Source: Spizellomyces punctatus DAOM BR117 (Eukaryota). Taken from it: a stretch of 64,000 nucleotides of DNA. Position 1 is the first letter of the stretch, and the number at the start of each line of letters is the position of its first letter. Under the pieces are notes generated by a model. The model was not told the origin of the DNA and searched no databases. It worked only from the letters and a program-made list of their open reading frames with translations. Where the stretch lies: NCBI GenBank assembly GCA_000182565.2, contig KQ257457.1; one strand, written 5' to 3'. Below, one piece after another: positions 49,312-63,043 of this stretch. A program made the position numbers and the translations under genes.

Positions 49312-50826
49312 ATGTCGGATTCCTCACCAAGTACACCACCGTCCAAGTGGCGATATCGTCTATATGTCCTTGCCGGCCTTCCATTTCTTCTTTCTCCCGT
49401 GTCCCTGTTCTCCCTAGCGGTTCTCTACGTATCCCTTCTCTGTGCAGTTCTCCTCTATGCGGCTTATATAGCCATGAAGGACTTTGTTGTGGATGAACTT
49501 CAACAACGAGGATGGCTAACGCAAGAGGTGGTCGATTCTCCTCAAAGGGATGAAGCCATAGGGGCGGATAACACCAAACTTGAGGAAGACTTCCCGATTC
49601 TTTCGTACCCAATTGTTGGCCAACTATTTATGGGCCCTCCGTTGGTTGTCTACGTATCAACAAGAGGAACTGTGCAAGGATGGCTGTATAGTTCAAAATG
49701 GGTCGTTCGGAAGAGCGTCCAGGGAATTCCCATTGTCTGGAGAGCATCCCTTTCCCTTGGTCAACGGGTCCTCAACGGCTGCAAAATACTTTGGGACGTG
49801 GGAGTGACTATATGGCGCACGGTCGAAACTCCGGTCGTGGCGGTCTTCTCCAGTGTGTATAGGACAACTGCTGACGTGTTCCTTGCTGTATGGCACTACA
49901 CTACAGTTGTACTCCCGACGCTCACTGAACAGGTCCTGTCGAGCATGTGGAAAGTCGCTATCTATTTTGCCGAAGGAACAAAGTGGATAGGGAGGAAGAT
50001 ATATAACTTAGGGGCATTTCTTGGCAGACCTTTCGGGAAGGTCATGTACGGCATATACGAGTTCCTTTCCATTCAGTTCCTCCGAGGAATGCGTCTGGCA
50101 CTCAACATTCTGACAACAGTAGAAGCAAAACTTCGGCCTCTTTTTTTGACAGTCGTTGAAACTCTTACTGTCACTTTCCGCTCAGTGATAGTAATTGTGT
50201 TTCGGGCTACCTCATCTCTTGCCCAATCCGTGGTCACACTCGGCCAGGCACTCTTCGTTCCTCCCCTCCGCTTCCTTTTCCGTACCACTACCGCTGCTCT
50301 TAGAATCACTCGCAATGTCAGCATTAAAACGACAGATCTGCTTGTACGGAGCGCCCGCCCTGTTCTCAGTGTGTCATTTCAGCTATTTCATTATCTTCAG
50401 GGCATCCTTGCCACCAGTGGAGCATACACTTTTGTTTTATCCCTTCCCGACCGCATAGTAAACCTCATAGACGCACTGTGCTACGCCTTTGAGGCATCGC
50501 TTTCGATGATCGTCAAGCATACATATGCGCAAACCTTGTATATTCACCAAATAGCCTCGCCTGTCTTCCTTAAACTCCTTGAGATACTTCAACCGTTGTT
50601 GGACGTGGGATTTAGTGCCTTAGGATTGGTGCAAAAAGCTGGTGGCATTTATCTTGTGTATGCTGTGCAGGTGACAAGGCGAGTGGGATCTGCTGGAGCC
50701 AGAATATCGCTGTACATTGCTTTGGAAGTGAAAAGGGCCGCTGAGCGAGCCCGTCGTGCTGGTGATGCGATAGGTAAACAGGTTGCTAAAGTGGTGAGCA
50801 CCGGGATTGCTAGGACCTCAAAGTGA
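49312..50826 (+). CDS. Hypothetical hydrophobic/amphipathic membrane protein
   Basis: 504-aa intronless ORF with an N-terminal TM hairpin and long hydrophobic-basic helical segments; no family recognised. Confidence 0.7.
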   Translation: MSDSSPSTPPSKWRYRLYVLAGLPFLLSPVSLFSLAVLYVSLLCAVLLYAAYIAMKDFVVDELQQRGWLTQEVVDSPQRDEAIGADNTKLEEDFPILSYPIVGQLFMGPPLVVYVSTRGTVQGWLYSSKWVVRKSVQGIPIVWRASLSLGQRVLNGCKILWDVGVTIWRTVETPVVAVFSSVYRTTADVFLAVWHYTTVVLPTLTEQVLSSMWKVAIYFAEGTKWIGRKIYNLGAFLGRPFGKVMYGIYEFLSIQFLRGMRLALNILTTVEAKLRPLFLTVVETLTVTFRSVIVIVFRATSSLAQSVVTLGQALFVPPLRFLFRTTTAALRITRNVSIKTTDLLVRSARPVLSVSFQLFHYLQGILATSGAYTFVLSLPDRIVNLIDALCYAFEASLSMIVKHTYAQTLYIHQIASPVFLKLLEILQPLLDVGFSALGLVQKAGGIYLVYAVQVTRRVGSAGARISLYIALEVKRAAERARRAGDAIGKQVAKVVSTGIARTSK

Positions 50827-50986
50827 GGAGATTGGTTAAGGGTGTAGGTGGTCTCTGGAGGCAAATATTTATTTTGATGTCATTTGTAATATTATGAAGA
50901 TACCCATTTGCATTGACCGCTGTTTCCGTCCAGAACCTGTGGAAGGTATTTACACTTGATGAATGGTGAAAGCGCCCTTACAATAT

Positions 50987-53900
50987 TCACCATCTCTTCC
51001 GACTTTTAATGGGAGTGTCAGCTACCCCGCCAATTTCCTCCCCCAGTTCATCCCAGTCGAACCCCGCAAATCCCTCCAACATCATCTGCAAGCGCTTGCA
51101 AGAACCCGGTGTTGCACTCGGTGTTTGTCTAACTTTGCTAGGCGTTCCAGCAGTCTTCCGGGGGGTGGCATTCGGGGTTCGTTTCAATTTGATCGGCGTC
51201 TCAACAGTTTTCCGGGGAGTGGTAATCAATGTTTGTTTGATCTTGCTAGGTGTGTCAACAGCCTCCCGGGCGGTCGCACTGGGTGCTCGCTTCGTTTTGC
51301 TCGGTGTACCAAGTGCGTCCCGGTGGGGTGTTCTCGGTGTTCGTCTCGTTTTGGTAGGGGTACCAGTGGTATCTTTAGGCGCCCTCCGTTGTTTACTTGG
51401 TGTTCGCGGCTCCGCCCAAGTGTTTGCATGGGAACGTTCGGGTATATCGGACGTTGTCGCTTTCGGGTCACCACCGGCGGAGAGCATTGGAGGTTTGGGC
51501 AACGGAAGGGTGGAAGAAAGATCTAGAAACGGATTATCGTCGATTCTGTCCAAGGATCCAGTTTGTAACGGCTTTGAGGGTAGACCAAAGGTATCTTGGG
51601 CGCTGGTAGATCGTCGCTTGAGAATTACTGTTCTGTTCTCCTGATCAGAAGTCCGCCGTAGTGATGAAGCGGTTGCTGCACTAGTACTTTTGGACCTCTC
51701 CAGAGGAGCTGCGTTCGTGCTATTGTCTTTGAGGGCTTTTCGATTCGCTTCTTTACTTCTCGCCTTGCGAAGAGCAATCTGCCGCCTTCCTAGTCCTTTC
51801 AAGAATTCAGGCAACTTTCTTGTCGCTCTAGGTTTGTCTGTTTCATCGGTATTGAGAATGTCCTCGTGGGGTATGATTTTGTCCTTGGGTTTAGCTTTAT
51901 CGGTGGATTTTGCTGAACTACCATGCTTCTTGTGTCCTGCCATTCCGCTGCCTCGCTTCCGACCTCCAGTGCTTTTTTGTTTGAAGAAGGGAGAGGGGGG
52001 CACCGGCTTTTGCTGATTTGGATCCCCGCCTGCTTTGACATACAACGATTTGACAACATCCGGTAGATGGGAAGCATAGCTAACGAACGCGGAATTTAAT
52101 ATAAAGATCCCTCGGATATAAATCCAAGAACCTATATGGAGACTTACTACTTCACAATGATGGGTTCAACAAAAGATTTGAGAAGGCGAGTTTCTTCTGA
52201 TTCGAGCTCTAAACCTGCCACCGCGTGCCAAATGCATATGCGGTCCATCAATTCGTCAATGGCGCGAGTAAAGAGCGTCCTCCCCGATTCATGTGCGCTT
52301 TGACCATTATGGTCGACATTGTTGGGTTCAGGCATCTCGTCAACTCCTGCGACTTGTTTTCTATCTACCTTACGCTTTTTACGAAACCCGGGCACTGTTG
52401 CGTCTGGCAAACAAAGGGACTTGCGTTTTTTGCGCTTGAGATTTCCTTCGGCTTCAGCCTCATCAGGTTCTGGCCGTTTGAACCAGGCTGCTAATGAGGG
52501 TAGGTCTTGGCCTGTCTGATCATGAATCTTGAGGCACTCCAGAAGCATTGTGAGCTGAAGCTTGGCTCTAGACAGTGACATATGGCGTGAGCCAAACATC
52601 GGATGCCATCTAGGCAACACCCTTTCACCCCCTTACTCTGAAATTTTCAATTTAGAAATTGCGTCCTTCAAGATCCGCCTCCCATTTGACGACTCCATCG
52701 GGATTGTCGAGTTGGAAACGAGTTGACTCTTCCACGCCAGTAGGGCCTCCAGTTCCAGCGTATCCACAGTTTTCCCCAGTGAAGGCGATGCGTCAGCTGT
52801 GTCATCGAGGATATCTAATCCATCCATGAATGCCCTATATTTCTGTTCCAGCCGAGCAACTGACAGGAGTATATGGTCGCAGATATAGGTTAGCAGAACC
52901 TTTGTCTACATAATGATAGCGATAAATACATTTCCTAAGAGCCAAATGACAATACCAACATACCGGTGTTCTGCCAACTCCTCTTGGACTTTTGGGCTTC
53001 AGTGGAGATGCAAGCGAGTTCGAGATATTGGTCGCAATTTTTTCCATTGATTGGTACACATGGGGAAGCCAGACTTCTATAAAGTCTGGAACTGCACTCT
53101 GTGGGTTTGTATCACCGATTTAGACCCGGTAGAGCTATGTATGGCTCTGTGGGCAACCAACCTTGACACAGTACAGGGTGTCCAAATATGCGCGCCTCAA
53201 AGCATCTGTAACATCTCCCATACGGCGCAACTCCCGACTCAGTTCAGGATTTCTTTTCGGCTTACGAGGAGTATCTCTGGGGGGAAGCGGGGAAGTAGCC
53301 TTTGGAGATGTGACCAAGCTGCGGCAAACGAGCGTAAATAAAAACTCGCAATCAAATGCAAATTCCTTCATCGTGCACCTTTTTCGCTCATCGCATTTTC
53401 CCCGCAGTCGCTCGTCCTCCATTTGGGGATCCCAGATATTCAGAGTCATATCACCGAGAAAATCCCTTATCTCCCGACTAGACTTGCCGCTAAAAAAGAA
53501 TGCTTGAATTTCATCCTCGAGGGAGTTTGAGAACCACTGCTGTAGCAGAGTCTCGTCTACGTCTTGGGCTGAAGCTAATCATTCAGATCAATAAGGGACG
53601 ACGCATATAGGACGTTTGGCCACGTACACACGCGAGCTGAAATCAAGGAAGAATTGCAGTCGTCCAGTACGGTCTCCTCACTTCCACAGGAAACAACTCT
53701 CAATAAAGCGCAGCCCGGAAAAACAGGAAAGAGAATTGCCAATCGCGCCTGTTCCTCATAATTGGCTGGCAAAGGACTTGCCACCTCAAATGGGTTGTCA
53801 TCTTCAGCACCTATACCGGCTGTTTCAGCGCTGCTTTCCTCAGCCACCTTCTTGTTCTCATTAGCATCATTGCTCCCCTCTGGTCTATTGCGCAGGCACC

Positions 53901-55640
53901 GCAGATGGACTTCTACCACCAAAGCACGGCTCTCGCTTCGCAACAGCGTCATCAGACTTTCAAAGCTCAGAAATGCCGTTCCGAACTCGCCAGCTGAAAA
54001 GGGTGCGCAAATAAACATTTCCCGCTCTTGCCACGATGGATCTATACGATGAAAGGGAATGCGGCCCTTCTCTTTCATAGCAACGCCCGAATTTGGGAAG
54101 AGCATTCGCGATGGCGTAGGGTCAGCATTGCTCGTGTGACTCCCTACGCTGAAACGTTTCTTCCCGCGTGTGTTGCTCGATTTCTCGGGAGGAGCCGTCG
54201 CTCTGAAAATCCAACATTTTTTAGCTGATTTATCCCTTTGTGGATGCAGATGAGCGCTCCAAGAGGTGATTGAAATAACGAGTTTACCTTACGCAAGCGC
54301 TGATAACTATATGATATATACCACCACTTTGTTTGCGTGCTTCTGTACGAAATAATATGTGTTGGGTCCTCAATTGGTTGTGGGACAAACGACCACATCC
54401 AGCAGCATACCAGTGTTTGCAGTAGTAAAAATATTTCCCGTCCACATTTCGTTATTCTGAGTAGGTAGACTCCTGCCGAGTGACCGTTGTAGGTCCTTCA
54501 TGCGATTATTACAACCAACTGAAAGATAATGGTGTCCGTGCTTCGGATCTAGCGTCTTCTTGCGAAACAGTCGGAATAGTTGGGCGAAAGGCAAAGCTGT
54601 GGGCGGCGTAATGAGGACTGATCGAGGTATCATGTTTCCGCCATATGCGCTAAGCATTGATGTCAGGGAACATTCGATATATGATGCCTAGGCACGAGGC
54701 CACTGATTAGAATACAATGGCAAGTCATTGTACGATAGCAATAGTGCATACTTCTAGGGTATGGGCGCTTTGCGCGGATGTTTCACAGAAACTGAGCGGA
54801 AGCTCGACCCAAGAGATTGCCGTTCGCTTCTCTAAGTATCCATTAAGCATACCCTCCGTTAGCATCTCCCTTTGCATAACGTCGAGTGCCTCGTCGATTC
54901 TCGCAATCGTGGACTTGCTCAATGTGCTGTCATTCCGTGAACAATGCGTTTCACCTTCTGGACTACGGGACATGATTCCAGCGTACGCGTCCAGCTCTTG
55001 CGCTGTTTGGGGAAATGGTGACAGTAAGAATAAATAATTTCGCAACTTGACTGGCACTGAGGAGTTCATGTCACGACGTGGGGGTTTCGCTGGTGATGGC
55101 ATGACTGCAGAAGCAGAAACCCAGTTCCACCGAAAATCCGTCAAAGCCTTCCGTAGAATCATCGATATTCGTTTTATCGGCGGAGTGTGGGGTAAACTTG
55201 GCCGAGGATTTATGGCCTCATCAACACGTCGCTTGTTCAGTTCGCGTTTTAGCACAGTGTTAAAGGCATCCAAGGTCAGAGGGTTGAAATCCTGAGAGTG
55301 GCATATGCTTCCTTTGGTTGCTTGTAACGTTGATATTGAATTAAGGTCAACTAGCTGGTAAGTGCACTGGAGTCAAGGACAACACGTAAACAAAGACACG
55401 AATAATATAGCAAAACGGCAAAGGATATCTCCATGAGAAACGTGTATCCACATGAATGTAGAAGAAGAGTAGCAAGCGGAGGACTGCAATCTTTATATTC
55501 CTTTCAAATGCGTCCATGTCGAGCACGCCTTCGCTGTCTGGAATGAAACATGGACCAGTGTCGATGATAAAAGCGATATTCGGGGCAGGGCGTCTTGCAG
55601 CAGAAGGTGAGCCGAAGGCGGCTAGAGATTTAGACGCCAT
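50987..55640 (-). CDS. Treslin/TICRR (Sld3)-like replication initiation factor (multi-exon)
   Basis: N-terminal IAFIIDT...IAVLRLLLFF...FSW and LRKALTDFRWN resemble the Treslin N-terminal vWA-like domain. KLKISE/AKLQLTMLLECL...MDRICIW...FVEPIIVK resembles the Sld3/Treslin domain. The C-terminus is rich in TP CDK motifs. Confidence 0.7.
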
Positions 55641-56349
55641 GGTAAGTCATAAAACAAGCTGGCGTGTACTCAATAAGTTTCTTCAAGGCAGGGCAATTTG
55701 TTATTGGGATGTGTGCGCGAAAAGGTCGCCAGACTAGAAGCTGACGTCGAGATTGGAGTCCGACAATGTCACGTGCCTCGGACATCTTCCCGTTACACAC
55801 GTGAGGTGGAAGAATGGATATGCAATGCCAGGGACAATACAGGACGGATATTTCGTCATATTGTGTATCGTCAGACTTTGGTTTTTGGGACAATACTTGG
55901 TGCATTTATCTTGCGTTTCGTTCTCGCTCAAAGGCCGCTTTAAGCTTGCACTTGTGCTGCTTCGGTCGTCGTTTTTCGATGATCGTTGTGGCTGGCCGCT
56001 TGTTTATGCTTACGCAATAGGAATCGTGACTGTGCCATATGCACATTGCCAGTATTAGTCTTCCAGAATCCCCACAACCAACTTTGAACGCTGTTGACAA
56101 GCTTCTTGCATTTTTTGTGTTGGTTGGCATGGACGCTTTAGACAAGATACACCAAAACTTACTCCAAGGTTCGTCGGAGAGGTCCTGTTGTTTTTGCAAT
56201 ACTTATGGCTTACTCACGAGTCCGTTCACTTCCAGGTTTGTCATTTGCAGACCAGACCGATTTCAAAGGTAGGTCAATGGGAGTCGTCTAGGATAGGCGG
56301 ACCTTACCACCGTCAAGTGCACTAGCACCGGTGCTTTCCGACGTAAAGT

Positions 56350-57139
56350 ATGGTCTCGTGTGCTTGGTGGGCGTACAACTGACCGCGGCGCTTTAAAGGC
56401 CATTGCGAAAAATGTGACAAGCCAGTACTGAACGACACGGGCCCTGGTCTATCATATACTCAAGACGGTATTCAGCACGCTTACCATCGCAAGTGCTTCA
56501 CCTGTGCGGAATGTCGAAAACCTATTGATGATACATCCTTTTACTTACACCTTGAAAAGCCACATTGTAAAGTGTGCTATGAGGAACGTATATTGGGTCG
56601 ATGTGCCGCGTGTGATGAAAGCTTGTCTGGCACGGCGACCATGAAAGCGGGGTCGAAGAAATTCCATCCCAAGGTATTTGGCTGTACTCATATTAGGATG
56701 TTCCATGTGGTTTGACTGTGTAATGTGACTCTCTGTTTTTGGCACAAAGTGCTTTGTTTGCGAAAAATGTAAGGCCGAATTGCAAGGGCGTTATTTTGAA
56801 AAGGATGATGCCTTTTGGTGCCGGTCGTGCTACGAAGTAAATTATCTGCCGGACTGTGATGCATGTGGGAAGAAGATCCAACCTGACGAGACAACCTCGA
56901 AAATTACAATGGTGCAGTGCAAAGACAAAAAGTATCATCAAGGATGCTTTGCATGCAAGGTAACATACTTTCCGTTCCGTTCGGTCGAACACAAAGAATG
57001 TCTTACGCGAACAATTACAAATTGTCAGGATTGCCGAAAACCGTTTGATGAATTGAAAGCTTTGCATCATAAAGATGAACTTTATTGTCAGGATTGTTAC
57101 TTTGCGGTAATTAAAGCAATGGAAGAGGCGGCAGCTTGA
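56350..57139 (+). CDS. Multi-LIM-domain protein
   Basis: Repeated CxxC...H..CF.C..C motifs (CEKCDKP..YHRKCFTCAEC; CAACDE..FHP; CDACGKKI..YHQGCFAC..C) across introns. Confidence 0.85.
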
Positions 57140-57435
57140 GACCTGTGCTTGCGCGGTAGGATAGGTGACAAAATATTATAAGAATATCCTAGATAGAATA
57201 GTACTATTTTCTTCTGCTACGAATCATGAAATTTCCGCGAGTATTGTGGTGTTCCACTTCCGGGTCTGATTGATTACCCAACGCGACGCTCCGCTGGTCG
57301 TTCCATATTTGTTTGGCTGTAGACGTACCATCCTTTACCGTGGCAATTTGCGATCGCAAACAATGTCGTATTGTACCTGTTTCCCTATTCAGTTACCACC
57401 TTTAGCTTGAGGGTTCTCGGGCGAGTCCGAGTCGT

Positions 57436-58785
57436 ATGTATGGAACCCGATAGCACGGCTGGCAAACTTTCGATGAAAGAAGAATACCGGCGGTATTTGC
57501 TGTGGAGCGGCCAGGGAATTAAACCCCGAAAAACCTCCGTCTCGTGAGAAGTTCCCAAAAATAACACTAGTGCATTGACATATCAAGATTTGAGTACGAG
57601 CCTTCCGATTGACTTTCTCACTAGCATCATTTAAGCGTCTGCTTTTTTGTGATTCCCTGCTACTCTGGTTTCCGCCCCCTACGTCGTCATGAAAGCTTTC
57701 CACATCAGGTGAGTGGGATTAATCCCAAAATTTCTTACCTGCATGAATTTAGCCCTAACATCATTGACAAATCTGTATTCAACAGCCGGAAGCGTGCCAG
57801 TTCGGAGCCAGGTGCCCCTGTGATTGAGAGGAAGCCTTTGGCTTCTTGTGAGGTTTCAACTAGCGGTACGAGATCTACTGCTGTAAAGATCTCAGTTCAG
57901 AGTGTCTTGAACGATGAATTTCTACCTCCATACGGGTTGGCCGGTGCGTATGCGCTGTGATACGTGTTTTATGTGCTGGTTTTTGACAATACTTCAAAAT
58001 AGACTTTTATGCATTCTTGCAAAAAGAGGTAAACATTTGACGTGATACAGTTTGCCTTAGCAGTTTGATTTCTTCCATGCCCATCTCCTTAACAGCATAG
58101 CGAGGAAAACATTGAGTTTTACCAAGACATCCAACGGTATCGCCAACGCGCCTTGCCCATCTTCAATGCTCTGAAACAACGAAACGCAAGTCGAGCTAAC
58201 CTTCGACCCTCCATGGATGAGCTCAGAAAGAGTCGGGCGAGTCTCCGCCGATCCGTTGACAGCGTGCATACCTCGAAAGCAGCTGAGCGTACTCTGGTTA
58301 ACACGCCCACCGAGGAGACAACCCCAAATCCCACTGCCGAAAGTTCCGACAGCATTGTAGCACCTGCACCACTTGTTGCCAAGGATAAGGAACCGTCTTT
58401 GCCAGACCTAAAGCCCATTCTCGCATCGCTTCGGGAAGACTTGGAGACTCTCATTAAAACATACATGACGGAGGGAGCCGACAAAGAGATCAATCTCCCG
58501 CAGAGTATCCATCGCAGAATCTTGGTCGAAATTCGGGATAAACACAACTACCACCCAGACTTGTTTAAAGGGGCTTTAGAGAATGTGACAACCATGATGC
58601 GGCTGAGCAGTTTCCCTAACTTTATTAAGGCGGCTTCGGCAGCTGGTGGAGAGGGGCCTGTAAGTAAGATGAAGGAGACTCCGGAAGAGGATGGCGATTA
58701 TACCACAGCAAAGACCTCTAAACACGGTTTGGGAGGAGATAGACTGGGGTCCTCTGTTGCCCCTAAGAGAGCCATTGTCACTTGA
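57436..58785 (+). CDS. RGS-domain protein
   Basis: HSEENIEFYQDIQRY and IKTYMTEGADKEINLPQSI...LF..A...V..MM...SFPNF; start approximate. Confidence 0.8.
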
Positions 58786-58993
58786 GTCAATACTAGAGAC
58801 TATACGAGGCATTCTCATTCTGTAATGTTGTTGTCCTTGTTAAGGAATACTATATATCTCATCGCATGTTGTCTCCACCGTTGTCACGAAACCCTACTAA
58901 TATTCTTCGGCAATGCTCTCAGTTACACTACGCTAACCCTCGTCACGGGGAGGAATTTTCACAGGCAGCTATGGCAGCTATAGATTGTACCTA

Positions 58994-60422
58994 TTAGCGT
59001 GAACTTTTTACCAAGCCTCGAATTTCAACGACTGGAGTAAAAAGGCCTCCAATCAAGGTAATATTAGTTGCAGGGTCAACGGCAGCGATCGTTGCACCAG
59101 ATATAATGCCTCCATCATCGGACACTATTGTCTCCACCTTCCATTCGTCTGACTGCGTCGATGTATTGAAGGACCGATATACCCGTACAACTCGGGATGG
59201 TGAAGGTTTGTTTGTATCGCCAACGTGGTCAAAGAATTTTAAGGCATGGGTGTGACCTAGAAACCATCTGTTAATGACCGTTTACTAATTAATGACAGCC
59301 ATTTGCCACCAACCGGTGATGTACAAATCTCCCGATACTGGATCCACAGCAATATTGTCGTTCAAAAATCCAGTCTTGACCGTATCCAGAAGCTGCAATG
59401 CGTATCCATCATCCCGCAAGATCTTGTAAACCTGCAATTCTGCACCTATCACTGCATCATTGTACAAAAATTGTTCATCTGGACTGATGGCGAGCCCGTT
59501 TGAACCGCGAATGCCTTTCGCAACAATTTTCGCTTTCCCTTCGTTCCAAAGCACAATCGTGGACCACGGTCTACGTGTAAAATCTTCAAAAACCCGCCAG
59601 GCTCCCTTTCGAAAATGGTGGTCGTTACTGACATAGAATGTGCGGGGGCCAATTGGAACGATGTCGTTGGGTGTAAGGATGAGAGGATGGGACACAGTTT
59701 CGATGTGGTTCAGAACATCGGTCCCAAGTTCATGAGTAAAGATTTCGACAACCGAGCCACTTGGTCGGTGATTAATGAAGAAGAGGTAAATGCTGGAGGA
59801 ATCGGCGGGATCTTGCCACAAACCGACACCGTGGGTATGAAGTTCATGAGGGAAACCTTTAAGAGTCAAACGCTTGACGGATTTTTTCTGTACAAGTGGA
59901 TATTTAAAGACATTTCGTCAGAATTGATAAAAGCAACCCATCATATCTCACAATTTTGTTACCTTTATGTCATACACATAAACGGGTTCCGTAGTCTCCT
60001 TCTCCTCACCGAAATGTGCCAGAGGAGGAAAGAAGCTTTGTCTGCCTTCCACGCTGGAACACGGCATGAAAGCGAGCCCAGTTTTGTGATGTATGACAAT
60101 GTCCTCACAGCCGATGGGACCTGTGATGGGGGATCAGGGCTCTGATTCACGTCCGGGACCATGGCTCCCATAGTAGCTTACCATCTATCCGTTGGTAACC
60201 TGTGAGGCCCACATTGGGATCAGGAGGATTCCAACCACACAGGCCAGCATACTCTGTTATATTCTCAACGGCGCCGGCAAAAGGCTGCTGGTAGTAGTTC
60301 ACGACAGCAAGGAGACCAACCACCAAAGACCAACCAAATAGGTTTCCAAAGATAGACTTTGGCTTCTGAGCTGTCCTTGCCGTTGGCTGTTTTGCATTTC
60401 TGTGCGTCGTTCCGTGGGACAT
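58994..60422 (-). CDS. Paraoxonase/arylesterase-like beta-propeller (calcium-dependent phosphotriesterase family)
   Basis: N-terminal anchor, then CEDIV, HTHGVG, INHR, TPNDIV...FYVSNDH, SNGLAIS and DNIAVD motifs. Confidence 0.87.
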
Positions 60423-61351
60423 GGCTGTCGTGGAGTTTGCAAGGAGGGAAGGAACAACTGACGGGCTGATAAAAATAGCTTTTGCGGGCAGGGGAAACAA
60501 AGGAAGGTGTTCCAAAAAGCGGAGTTGAGCATCGCGTAAGTCTCCATCAAGATGAAGCGTCTGTGGGACATTTAGCCGTCACGCGAATGAATGAATTTAA
60601 CCATATATGGATATATTGCAATTGACGCTTATTTAAACAGCCGATACTCATTTCGCATAAGTGTTCTTTCTTGGGCATTGGTAATAACAATGTTCAAACA
60701 TGTTTGTGATGGCAGAGTTTAGTCATGATAAATGTTGCAGACTTGCCAAGGTGCATTGCATTGACGGAGGATGTCATTCAAAGTCATTGCTGATGGATGT
60801 CAAATGACGAGTGCATCTTAAGATTGAAACGAACCGTTTCCCCACATCGTCAGCATTTTGTGTGCCATAGGATGGACAGTTCTGGAAATGCCCGATAGTG
60901 TCCTCAATGTACCATACAGACAAAGTGTTGATTTACAACGCCAAGTGCGCTCTACATTCTGCACAAATGGAATTTCCGTTCAAAAACAGCGAGCCAAGCA
61001 TATCAACAATGTATGATATCGAATATTATGAACTCACGCCAATTCTTGGATGCGGCCTATATGAGATCTTATCTTATAATACTAGAAAATGACCCAGCCC
61101 CGTCATCTGTTGCTGGACTTGTCTCATCAGGATTAGAACATCGTTTTTGCCACAATAAAGACCTTTACTGGGATATATACATTATAAAGTATATAGCAAA
61201 GTGCTTGCGTACTGTAGCTGTATTTGCTTTCTTATTATTTTTTGAGGTTGTCTGCAATGCTTGATGTCAGGTGCCACGAGAGTGGCGCAGCATGTGGCTT
61301 GCACCGCTTGCCAAACTCCGCCTGTTGCTCTGAACAGCAGGTCGACTGATC

Positions 61352-63043
61352 ATGGCTGAAGTAGGAGTCGAGCGACCACCTCCCCTTGGGAATGAGAGTG
61401 ACGTGGATAAGGGAGTTGGTCAAGATGCAGACATGGAAGGCTTTCAGCAAACCATGGCCAACATTTACCGAGCATCATTTCCCACATCTGCGTCCCCACC
61501 GATAGAAAAGTTCAAAAACCCAGCTCCCATACCAGAGAACCCGCCGCAAGTCACCCAGCAATTCCACGATAGCCCAAGCGTCTCACGAAGAGCTCCAAAA
61601 AACAACCTTACATGGAATTGGCGACATCCAACACTATCAAGAATCCTGCCCATTTTCTCATCGTCTGCCAAGGATGTATCCACTGCTGCTGAGCGTGAAG
61701 GGCTATCCCGAACTCCATCTGTCACTCTGTCTCCCGGCACGGAGGGTGAGAAAGCACACTCTTCAAAAGTGGGACAGGCGATCAGAGCAAAGCTTGGTTT
61801 CAAAAGGAAGAGCCAAACCTCTACCTCTGAATTGCCAGAGAAAGAAAGCGGCCAGCGCAATAATGTAGCCGATCCGCAGAGTGCTCCCCAATCATCATTA
61901 CCGGATGCTGCTCAGTATCAAACGTCAGCCTTTGACCTGCGTCAGCCTCCAGCAGGTTGGACGGACCCAGCGACCCGATTTGCTGGGGGAAATAATGTAG
62001 CCCCCGGAGAAGTGGCATCTCCACAACAACCAACTGCCTCTTCAATCTCTTCCCATCCCCCCGCGGGGTGGAATCCAAGTTTAGTTGAAGGAGTATCGTC
62101 GCCAGATGTGCGTCAGTTATTGGAAGAAAACACCAGGCTTAAACATGACCTCCAAGCGCTCCGACAGGTAGATGATGCGAAAGAAGCTGCTCTGCACCGC
62201 ATTCAATTGGCAAACCAAGGCTTTGCTCACGAAGCATCTGTTCTGAGACGTCAGCTGTCGTCCGTCCAGCAACTGCAATCTGATATGGACAATCTGACCG
62301 GAAAATATGCGACCCATTCCGAACACATGAAAGATCTGGAGCAGAAGTACGCCTCATTAAATGTCAAATACGCGGAGCTGAAAGCGTCTCACACAGAAAC
62401 GCTCTCACAAAAGAGCGAATTGGAACGACAGGTATCCAACATGCAAAGTGCCCACAACACATTAGTTGAACAAAAGGTGGAAGCGCAAAGCAAGGCGTAT
62501 GCTCTTGAACGGTCTCAATTTGACGCTCACAACCTTCGTGAGCAAGTAACACATCTTGAGCGGGAAGCAGATGACCAGCGTCGCATCATCGCCCTTCAAC
62601 TTGAAACCATATCCCAGTTGAATAACCAAATTGCCGAGTTCAACAGCACTATAGCACAGCTTAACAGTCAGATCACTGAGCTTAACAAAGCCATCCAGTA
62701 TCGAGACGCTATTGCTCAGGAGAGTGTGGTGCGGATACAAAGTAGCCAAAAACGAATGAGGGAGCTACAGCGGTTACTACATGAGAAAGATAAGATGCTT
62801 GCCGAAGTTTTGAGCTCCTCGGACTGGAACCAAGAGGAAGCCGTGCGCCCTGCAGCAGTGTTCGGGAAAGATGATTTTTCGTTCGCGATGGGAAACATCT
62901 ATCAAGATAAACCCCTCAAAGGGTCGCAACAAGTGCATCATCCAGCCGGAGGTATGGCGCAAGTGCCTTGTGAAGCGGATCATCCGATGGATATTGGCCA
63001 AACGATGGCATCTGTCTATGGAGGGTATCAATCTCAGACATGA
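61352..63043 (+). CDS. Hypothetical protein, disordered N-terminus plus long coiled coil
   Basis: 563-aa uninterrupted ORF with heptad-rich central and C-terminal region. Confidence 0.75.
   Translation: MAEVGVERPPPLGNESDVDKGVGQDADMEGFQQTMANIYRASFPTSASPPIEKFKNPAPIPENPPQVTQQFHDSPSVSRRAPKNNLTWNWRHPTLSRILPIFSSSAKDVSTAAEREGLSRTPSVTLSPGTEGEKAHSSKVGQAIRAKLGFKRKSQTSTSELPEKESGQRNNVADPQSAPQSSLPDAAQYQTSAFDLRQPPAGWTDPATRFAGGNNVAPGEVASPQQPTASSISSHPPAGWNPSLVEGVSSPDVRQLLEENTRLKHDLQALRQVDDAKEAALHRIQLANQGFAHEASVLRRQLSSVQQLQSDMDNLTGKYATHSEHMKDLEQKYASLNVKYAELKASHTETLSQKSELERQVSNMQSAHNTLVEQKVEAQSKAYALERSQFDAHNLREQVTHLEREADDQRRIIALQLETISQLNNQIAEFNSTIAQLNSQITELNKAIQYRDAIAQESVVRIQSSQKRMRELQRLLHEKDKMLAEVLSSSDWNQEEAVRPAAVFGKDDFSFAMGNIYQDKPLKGSQQVHHPAGGMAQVPCEADHPMDIGQTMASVYGGYQSQT

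Noticed and set aside
51009-51644. Plus-strand 187-211-aa ORFs
   Set aside because: Antisense shadows of the repetitive C-terminal exon of the Treslin-like gene.
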